Source: Utricularia gibba (Eukaryota > Plantae > Magnoliophyta). Taken from it: a DNA stretch of 17,952 bases. The first letter of the stretch is position 1. Each line of letters starts with the position of its first letter. The stretch lies in NCBI GenBank assembly GCA_002189035.1, contig NEEC01000142.1:1-17952 (forward strand), written 5' to 3'. Below, piece by piece: positions 9,461 to 17,952 of the stretch. Both the position numbers and the translations under genes were made by a program. Below the pieces are notes generated by a model. That model saw only the letters and a list, made by a program, of their open reading frames with translations. It had not been told where the DNA came from and did not search any database.

Positions 9461-12400
9461 CCCATGATGATCTTTTTAAGGTTTGGCTTGCGCCGAGAGT
9501 TAGTTGTAGCAACGTTACATGGTTATAGTCTCGCTGTTGGTCCTTGATTCTGTATGGCTCATGAGGTCAACCGGATGCAAATCGATTAAAAAAAATGATG
9601 CATTTGTTTAAATTGCGATATCACGTGCACCCCACATGATTTTTTCAACAACTTACTTTATACTTGAGGAGGCGGTCTTGGGTGCACCTGAACTAAGGTT
9701 TGGCTTGCGCCGAGAGTTAGTTGTAGCCCGACAAATAAAGGTGATGTATTTTTATCGTTCGGTTTTCGTGCCTACATGGTTTTTCAAGGAACCGCTTCTC
9801 GTTTTGTGCGGCCAGTCTCGCTGGGAACTTGGTCCTTGACCCCGATTCTGTATGGCTCATGAGGTCAACCGGATGCAAATCGATTAAAAAAAATGATGCA
9901 TTTGTTTAAATTGCGATATCACGTGCACCCCACATGATTTTTTTACTTTATACTTGAGGAGGCGGTCTTGGGGCAGCTGTAAGGACACCAAAAGGTAAAA
10001 GGTAACAGCAAATCGTTCGCCCGCAGAGTGCGTATTTACTAAAGTGATGTATTTATTATCGTTCGGTTTTCGGGGGCCTACATGGTTTTTCAAGGAACCG
10101 CTTCTCGTTTTGTGGCGGCCAGTCTCGCTGGGAACTTGGTCCTTGACCCCGATTCTGTATGGCTCATGAGGTCAACCGGATGCAAATCGATTAAAAAAAA
10201 TGATGCATTTGTTTAAATTGCGATATCACGATGCACCCCACATGATTTTTTCAACAACTTACTTTACTTGAGGAGGCTCTTGGGGTGCACCTGGAACGAG
10301 GACAAAGGTAAGGTTTGGGCGCCGTTAGAGTTAGTAGCCCGACAAATAAAGTGATGTATTTATTATCGTTCGGTTTTCGGGGCTGCGCAAGTAGTCTCGC
10401 TGGGAACTTGGTCCTTGACCCCGATTCTGTATGGCTCATGAGGTCAACCGGATGCAAATCGATTAAAAAAAATGATGCATTTGTTTAAATTGCGATATCA
10501 CGTTGATGGGAGGCAGTTAAGGTTTTTGCAACAACTTAGATAAGGATTCTGTATGGCTCATGAGGTCAACCGGATGCAAATCGATTAAAAAAAATGATGC
10601 ATTTGTTTAAATTGCGATATCACGTGCACCCCACATGATTTTTTCAACAACTTACTTTATACTTGAGGAGGCGAGTAAGGTTTAGAGTTAGTTGTAACAA
10701 ATAGTCTCGCTGGGAACTTGGTCCTTTTATCGATTCCCTTGAGGTCATTGGTTTAACGACAAAATAGTCTCGCTGGGAACTTGGTGACCCCGATTCTGTA
10801 TGGCTCATGAGGTCAACCGGATGCAAATCGATTAAAAAAAATGATGCATTTGTTTAAATTGCGATATCACGGCACTTCACAACACACAACTTAGTCTTGT
10901 ATACTCATGAGGTCTGCGGATGCATTTGTTTAAATTGCGATATCACGTGCACCCCACATGATTTTTTCAACAACTTACTTTATACTTGAGGACGGTCTTG
11001 ACAACGGGACAAAGGTAAGGTTTGGCTTGCGCCGAGAGTTAGTTGTAGCCCGACAAATAAAGTGATGTATTTATTCGTTCGGTTTTCGGGGGCTGCCTAC
11101 ATGGTTTTTCAAGGAACCGCTTCTCGTTTTGTGGCGGCCAGTCTCGCTGGGAACTTGGTCCTTGACCCCGATTCTGTATGGCTCATGAGGTCAACCGGAT
11201 GCAAATCGATTAAAAAAATGATGCATTTGTTTAAATTGCGATATCACGTGCACCCCACATGATTTTTTCAACAACTTACTTTATACTTGAGGAGGCGGTC
11301 TTGGGTGCACTGAACGGACAAAGGTAAGGTTTGGCTTGCGCCGAGAGTTAGTTGTAGCTAAAGTGATGTATTTATTATCGTTCGGTTTTCGGGGCTGCCT
11401 ACATGGTTTTTCAAGGAACCGCTTCTCGTTTTGTGGCGGCCAGTCTCGCTGGGAACTTGGTCCTTGACCCCGATTCTGTATGGCTCATGAGGTCAACCGG
11501 ATGCAAATCGATTAAAAAAAATGATGCATTTGTTTAAATTGCGATATCACGTGCACCCCACATGATTTTTTCAACAACTTACTTTATACTTGAGGAGGCG
11601 GTCTTGCATTTTTGGCTTTTAAACCGACATGGTTTTTCAAGGAACCGCTTCTCGTTTTGTGGCGGCCAGTCTCGCTGGGAACTTGGTCCTTGACCCCGAT
11701 TCTGTATGGCTCATGAGGTCAACCGATGCAAATCGATTAAAAAAAATGATGCATTTGTTTAAATTGCGATATCATTGATTTTTTCAACAACTTACTTTAT
11801 ACTTGAGGAGGCGGTCTTGGGTGCACTGTAAGGTTTGGCTTTTAAACGTTCGGTTTTCGGGGCTGCCTACATGGTTTTTCAAGGAACCGCTTCTCGTTTT
11901 GTGGCGGCCAGTCTCGCTGGGAACTTGGTCCTTGACCCCGATTCTGTATGGCTCATGAGGTCAACCGGATGCAAATCGATTAAAAAAAATGATGCATTTG
12001 TTTAAATTGCGATATCAGTGCACCCCACATGATTTTTTCAACAACTTACTTTATACTTGAGGAGGCGGTCTTGGGTGCACCGGGACAAAGGTAAGGTTTG
12101 GCTTGCGCGAGAGTTAGTTGTAGCCCGACAAATAAAGTGATGTATTTATTATCGTTCGGTTTTCGGGGGCTGCCTACATGGTTTTTCAAGGAACCGCTTC
12201 TCGTTTTGTGGCGGCCAGTCTCGCTGGGAACTTGGTCCTTGACCCCGATTCTGTATGGCTCATGAGGTCAACCGGATGCAAATCGATTAAAAAAAATGAT
12301 GCATTTGTTTAAATTGCGATATCACGTGCACCCCACATGATTTTTTCAACAACTTACTTTATACTTGATCTTGGGGTTTAAGGTTTGGCTTGCGCCGAGA

Positions 12401-14780
12401 CAACGTTACAAATAAAGGTGATTCTGTATGGCTCATGTCTTCGATTCGGCCTTGGGGGGCACTAAGGTTTGGCTTGCGCCGAGAGTTAGTTGTAGCCCGA
12501 CAAATAAAGTGATGTATTTATTATCGTTCGGTTTTCGGGGGCTGCCTACATGGTTTTTCAAGGAACCGCTTCTCGTTTTGTGGCGGCCAGTCTCGCTGGG
12601 AACTTGGTCCTTGACCCCGATTCTGTATGGCTCATGAGGTCAACCGGATGCAAATCGATTAAAAAAAATGATGCATTTGTTTAAATTGCGATATCATGTG
12701 CACCCCACATGGTCACCCCACGATTACAAAAGGTAGTCTCGCTTTGGTCCTTGGATTCTGTATGGCTCATGAGGTTGCGATTAAAAAAATGATGCATTTG
12801 TTTAAATTGCGATATCATGCACCCCACATGATTTTTTCAACAACTTACTTTATACTTGAGGAGGCGGTCTTGGGTGCAAACGGACAAAGGTAAGGTTTGG
12901 CAGAGTTAGTTGTATAAAGTGATGTATTTATTATCGTTCGGTTTTCGGGGGCTGCCTACATGGTTTTTCAAGGAACCGCTTCTCGTTTTGTGGCGGCCAG
13001 TCTCGCTGGGAACTTGGTCCTTGACCCCGATTCTGTATGGCTCATGAGGTCAACCGGATGCAAATCGATTAAAAAAAATGATGCATTTGTTTAAATTGCG
13101 ATATCACGTGCACCTCGTTCACAACGGGACAAAGGTAAGGTTTGGCTTGCGCGAGGTTAGTTCGTTCTACATGGTTTTTCAAGGAACCGCTTCTCGTTTT
13201 CGGCCAGTCTCGCTGGGAACTTGGTCCTTGACCCCGATTCTGTATGGCTCATGAGGTCAACCGGATGCAAATCGATTAAAAAAAATGATGCATTTGTTTA
13301 AATTGCGATATCACGTGCACCCCACATGATTTTTTCAACAACTTACTTTATACTTGAGGAGGCGGTCTTGGGTGCACTATAAGGTTTGGCTTGCAGAGTT
13401 AGTTGTAGCCCGACAAATAAAGTGATGTATTTATTATCACATGTTTTTCAAGGAACCGCTAGTCTCGCTGGGAACTTGGTCCTTGACCCCGATTCTGTAT
13501 GGCTCATGAGGTCAACCGGATGCAAATCGATTAAAAAAAATGATGCATTTGTTTAAATTGCGATATCACGTGCACCCCACATGATTTTTTCAACAACTTA
13601 CTTTATACTTGAGGAGGCGGTCTTGGGTGCACTGAACGGGACAAAGGTAAGGTTTGGCTTGCGCCGAGAGTTAGTTGTAGCCCGACAAATAAAGTGATGT
13701 ATTTATTATCGTTCGGTTTTCGGGGGCTGCCTACATGGTTTTTCAAGGAACCGCTTCTCGTTTTGTGGCGGCCAGTCTCGCTGGGAACTTGGTCCTTGAC
13801 CCCGATTCTGTATGGCTCATGAGGTCAACCGGATGCAAATCGATTAAAAAAAATGATGCATTTGTTTAAATTGCGATATCACGTGCACCCCACATGATTT
13901 TTTCAACAACTTACTTTATACTTGAGGAGGCGGTCTTGGGTGCAGCTGGAACGGGACAAAGGTAAGGTTTGGCTTGCGCGAGTTAGTTGTAGCCCGACAA
14001 ATAAAGTGATGTATTTATTATCGTTCGGTTTTCGGGGCTGCCTACATGGTTTTTCAAGGAACCGCTTCTCGTTTTGTGGCGCCAGTCTCGCTGGGAACTT
14101 GGTCCTTGACCCCGATTCTGTATGGCTCATGAGGTCAACCGGATGCAAATCGATTAAAAAAAATGATGCATTTGTTTAAATTGCGATATCACGTGCACCC
14201 CACATGATTTTTTCAACAACTTACTTTATACTTGAGGAGGCGGTCTTGGGTGCACCTGCTAAGGTTTGGCTTGCGCCGAGACCCGGGATGTATTTATTAT
14301 CGTTCGGTTTTCGGGGCTGCCTACATGGTTTTTCAAGGAACCGCTTCTCGTTTTGTGGCGGCCAGTCTCGCTGGGAACTTGGTCCTTGGATTCTGTATGC
14401 TCATGAGGTCAACCGAGCAAATCGATTAGATGCATTTGTTTAAATTGCCACGTGCACCCCACATGATTTTTTCAACAACTTACTTTATACTTGGACCTGT
14501 AAGGTTTAGAGTTAGTTGTAGCGTAAAGTGATGTATTTATTATCGGGTTTTCGGGGGCTGCCTACATGGTTTTTCAAGGAACCGCTTCTCGTTTTGTGGC
14601 GGCCAGTCTCGCTGGGAACTTGGTCCTTGACCCCGATTCTGTATGGCTCATGAGGTCAACCGATGCAAATCGATTAAAAAAAATGATGCATTTGTTTAAA
14701 TTGCGATATCACGTGCACCCCACATGATTTTTTCAACAACTTACTTTATACTTGAGGAGGCGCTTGGGTGCACCTGTAAG
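9461..14780. other. Deletion-rich, degenerate zone of the array (shortened and scrambled monomers interspersed with intact ones)
   Basis: Anchor-to-anchor spacings fall to roughly 75-270 bp in many units (e.g. 9461-9545, 10501-10545, 10861-10925, 12361-12460, 12701-12780, 13111-13170). Near-intact copies remain at ~10935-11235, ~12005-12315 and ~13555-14180. Confidence 0.9.
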
Positions 14781-17700
14781 GTTTGGCTTGCGCCGAGAGT
14801 TAGTTGTAGCCCCAAATAAAGTGATTTTATTATCGTTCGGTTTTCGGGGCTGCCTACATGGTTTTTCAAGGAACCGCTTCTCGTTTGTGGCGGCCAGTCT
14901 CGCTGGGAACTTGGTCCTTGACCCCGATTCTGTATGGCTCATGAGGTCAACCGGATGCAAATCGATTAAAAAAAATGATGCATTTGTTTAAATTGCGATA
15001 TCACGTGCACCCCACATGATTTTCAACAACTTACTTTATACTTGAGGAGGCGCTTGGGTGCACTGGAACGGACAAAGGTAAGGTTTGGCTTGCGCCGAGA
15101 GTTAGTTGTAGCCCGACAAATAAAGTGATGTATTTTTATCGTTCGGTTTCGGGGCTGCCTACATGGTTTTTCAAGGAACCGCTTCTCGTTTTGTGGCGGC
15201 CAGTCTCGCTGGGAACTTGGTCCTTGACCCCGATTCTGTATGGCTCATGAGGTCAACCGGATGCAAATCGATTAAAAAAAATGATGCATTTGTTTAAATT
15301 GCGATATCATGTGCACCCCACATGATTTTTCAACAACTTACTTTATACTTGAGGAGGCGTCTTGGGTGCACTGGAACGGGACAAAGGTAAGGTTTGGCTT
15401 GCGCCGAGAGTTAGTTGTAGCCCGACAAATAAAGTGATGTATTTTTATCGTTCGGTTTTCGGGGCTGCCTACATGGTTTTTCAAGGAACCGCTTCTCGTT
15501 TTTGTGCGGCCAGTCTCGCTGGGAACTTGGTCCTTGACCCCGATTCTGTATGGCTCATGAGGTCAACCGGATGCAAATCGATTAAAAAAAATGATGCATT
15601 TGTTTAAATTGCGATATCACGTGCACCCCATGATTTTTTCAACAACTTACTTTATACTTGAGGAGGCGATCTTGGGTGCACTGAACGGACAAAGGTAAGG
15701 TTTGGCTTGCGCCGAGAGTTAGTTGTAGCCCGACAAATAAAGTGATGTATTTATTATCGTTCGGTTTTCGGGGCTGCCTACATGGTTTTTCAAGGAACCG
15801 CTTCTCGTTTTGTGCGGCCAGTCTCGCTGGGAACTTGGTCTTGACCCGATTCTGTATGCTCATGAGGTCAACCGGATGCAAATCGATTAAAAAAAATGAT
15901 GCATTTTTTAAATTGCGATATCACGTGCACCCACATGATTTTTTTCAACAACTTACTTTATACTTGAGGCGGTCTTGGGTGCACTGAACGGACAAAGGTA
16001 AGGTTTGGCTTGCGCCGAGAGTTAGTTGTAGCCCGACAAATAAAGTGATGTATTTATTATCGTTCGGTTTTCGGGGCTGCCTACATGGTTTTCAAGGAAC
16101 CGCTTCTCGTTTTGGCGCCAGTCTCGCTGGTTGGTCCTTTACCCGATTTGTATGGCTCATGAGGTCAACCTGCAAATCGATTAAAAAAATGATGCATTTG
16201 TTTAAATTGCGATATCACGTGCACCCCACATGATTTTTCAACAACTTACTTTATACTTGAGGAGGCGATCTTGGGTGCACTCGAACGGGACAAAGGTAAG
16301 GTTTGGCTTGCGCGAGAGTTAGTTGTAGCCCGACAAATAAAGTGAGTATTTATTATCGTTCGGTTTTCGGGGGCTGCCTACATGGTTTTCAAGGAACCGC
16401 TTCTCGTTTTGTGGCGGCCAGTCTCGCTGGGAACTTGGTCCTTGACCCCGTTCTGTATGGTCATGAGGTCAACCGATGCAAATCGATTAAAAAAAATGAT
16501 GCATTTGTTTAAATTGCGATATCACGTGCACCCCACATGATTTTTTCAACAACTTACTTTATACTTGAGGAGGCGGTCTTGGGTGCACCTTAAAGGTAAG
16601 GTTTGGCTTGCGCCGAGAGTTAGTTGTAGCCCGACAAATAAAGTGATGTATTTTTATCGTTCGGTTTCGGTGCCTACATGGTTTTTCAAGGAACCGCTTC
16701 TCGTTTTGTGGCGGCCGTCTCGCTGGGAACTTGTCCTTGACCCGATTCTGTATGGCTCATGAGGTCAACCGGATGGAAATCGATTAAAAAAATGATGCAT
16801 TTGTTTAAATTGCGATATCACGTGCACCCCACATGATTTTTTCAACAACTTACTTATACTTGAGAGGCGGTCTTGGGTGCAGCTGGAAGGGACAAAGGTA
16901 AGGTTTGGCTTGCGGCAAGAGTTAGTTGTAGCCCGGCAAATAAAGTGATGTATTTTTATCGTTCGGTTTTCGGGCTGCCTACATGGTTTTCAAGGAACCG
17001 CTTCTCGTTTTGTGCGGCCAGTCTCGCTGGGAACTTGGTCCTTGACCCCGATTCTGTATGGCTCATGAGGTCAACCGGATGCAAATCGATTAAAAAAATG
17101 ATGCATTTGTTTAAATTGCGATATCATGTGCACCCCACATGATTTTTCAACAACTTACTTTATACTTGAGGAGGCGGTCTTGGGGTGCACTGAACGGGAC
17201 AAAGGTAAGGTTTGGCTTGCGCGAGAGTTAGTTGTAGCCCGACAAATAAAGTGAGTATTTATTATCGTTCGTTTTCGGGGCTGCCTACATGGTTTTTCAA
17301 GGAACCGCTTCTCGTTTTGGCGGCCAGTCTCGCTGGGACTTGGTCCTTGACCCGATTCTTAGGTCAACCGGATCATTTGTTTAAATTGCGATATCACGTG
17401 CACCCCACATGATTTTTTCAACAACTTACTTTATACTTGAGGAGGCGATCTTGGGTGCACTGAACGGGACAAAGGTAAGGTTTGGCTTGCGCCGAGAGTT
17501 AGTTGTAGCCCGACAAATAAAGTGATGTATTTATTATCGTTCGGTTTTCGGGGCTGCCTACATGGTTTTTCAAGGAACCGCTTCTCGTTTTGTGGCGCCA
17601 GTCTCGCTGGAACTTGGTCCTTGACCCCGATTCTGTATGGCTCATGAGGTCAACCGGATGAAATCGATTAAAAAAATGATGCATTTGTTTAAATTGCGAT

Positions 17701-17952
17701 ATCATGTGCACCCCACATGATTTTTTCAACAACTTACTTTATACTTGAGGAGGCGTCTTGGGGCACTGGAACGGACAAAGGTAAGGTTTGGCTTGCGGCA
17801 AGAGTTAGTTGTAGCCGGCAAATAAAGTGATGTATTTTTTATCGTTCGGTTTTCGGGCTGCCTACATGGTTTTTCACGGAACCGCTTCTCGTTTTGTGGC
17901 GGCCAGTCTCGCTGGGAACTTGGTCCTTGACCCCGATTCTGTATGGCTCATG

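Larger units (their letters stand above)
1..17952. repeat. Tandem satellite-like array, ~62 head-to-tail copies of a ~314-316-bp monomer
   Basis: Seen directly. The same monomer recurs from base 1 to the end, and the window starts and ends mid-unit. TATACT anchor positions in the clean zone are 4491, 4803, 5117, 5429, 5742, 6055, 6367, 6680, 6993, 7307, 7621, 7935, 8249, 8562 and 8877 (spacing 312-315). No inverted copy was seen. Confidence 0.99.

Noticed and set aside
9979-10040. Apparently unique ~60-bp insert
   Set aside because: It replaces a consensus segment of similar length and keeps fragments of it (AAAGGTAA, CAGAGT), so it is most simply a locally garbled copy.
128-17412. Plus-strand ORFs of 60-89 aa (e.g. 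...PTWFFKEPLLVLWRPVSLGTWSLTPILYGS)
   Set aside because: Starts, lengths and frames change between near-identical copies because of 1-bp indels at GGG/GGGG, CCTGG and the G4/G5 tract. I recognise no protein family, and stops in all three frames rule out a continuous rolling ORF.
109-17732. Minus-strand ORFs of 60-81 aa starting MHPVDLMSHTESG
   Set aside because: In the consensus this frame (TTG start) stops after about 31 codons at CCT TGA. The long versions exist only in copies with an indel.
1-17952. CRISPR array or cassette array (integron-like)
   Set aside because: There are no unique spacers or cassettes. The variable parts are deletion derivatives of the same monomer, and the unit is far longer than a CRISPR repeat.

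Overview
The whole 17,952-bp window is one uninterrupted head-to-tail tandem array of a ~314-316-bp, ~46% GC monomer. I count about 62 copies of the anchor TTTAAATTGC, plus about 2 further collapsed partial units. All copies lie on the same strand, and there is no unique flanking sequence. No protein gene, RNA gene, CRISPR array or mobile-element enzyme is supported; every ORF in the track is a by-product of the repeat and changes from copy to copy with 1-bp indels. The monomer has hidden structure. It aligns to itself at a 152-159-bp offset, so it looks like a diverged dimer of ~157-bp subunits, and both halves keep an equivalent imperfect inverted repeat. It also carries a 10-bp perfect inverted repeat and a 72-bp cluster of seven palindromic hexamers. 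Copy-to-copy variation resembles long-read (nanopore-type) error: homopolymer slips plus hotspots at CCTGG, CCG and CG contexts that may reflect cytosine methylation. A deletion-rich zone (~9.46-14.8 kb) has recurrent breakpoints. Best reading: an unidentified satellite DNA, possibly eukaryotic, in a noisy long-read sequence or assembly. A concatemer of a ~316-bp circle cannot be excluded from the window alone. I did not find evidence for a new gene-based system.
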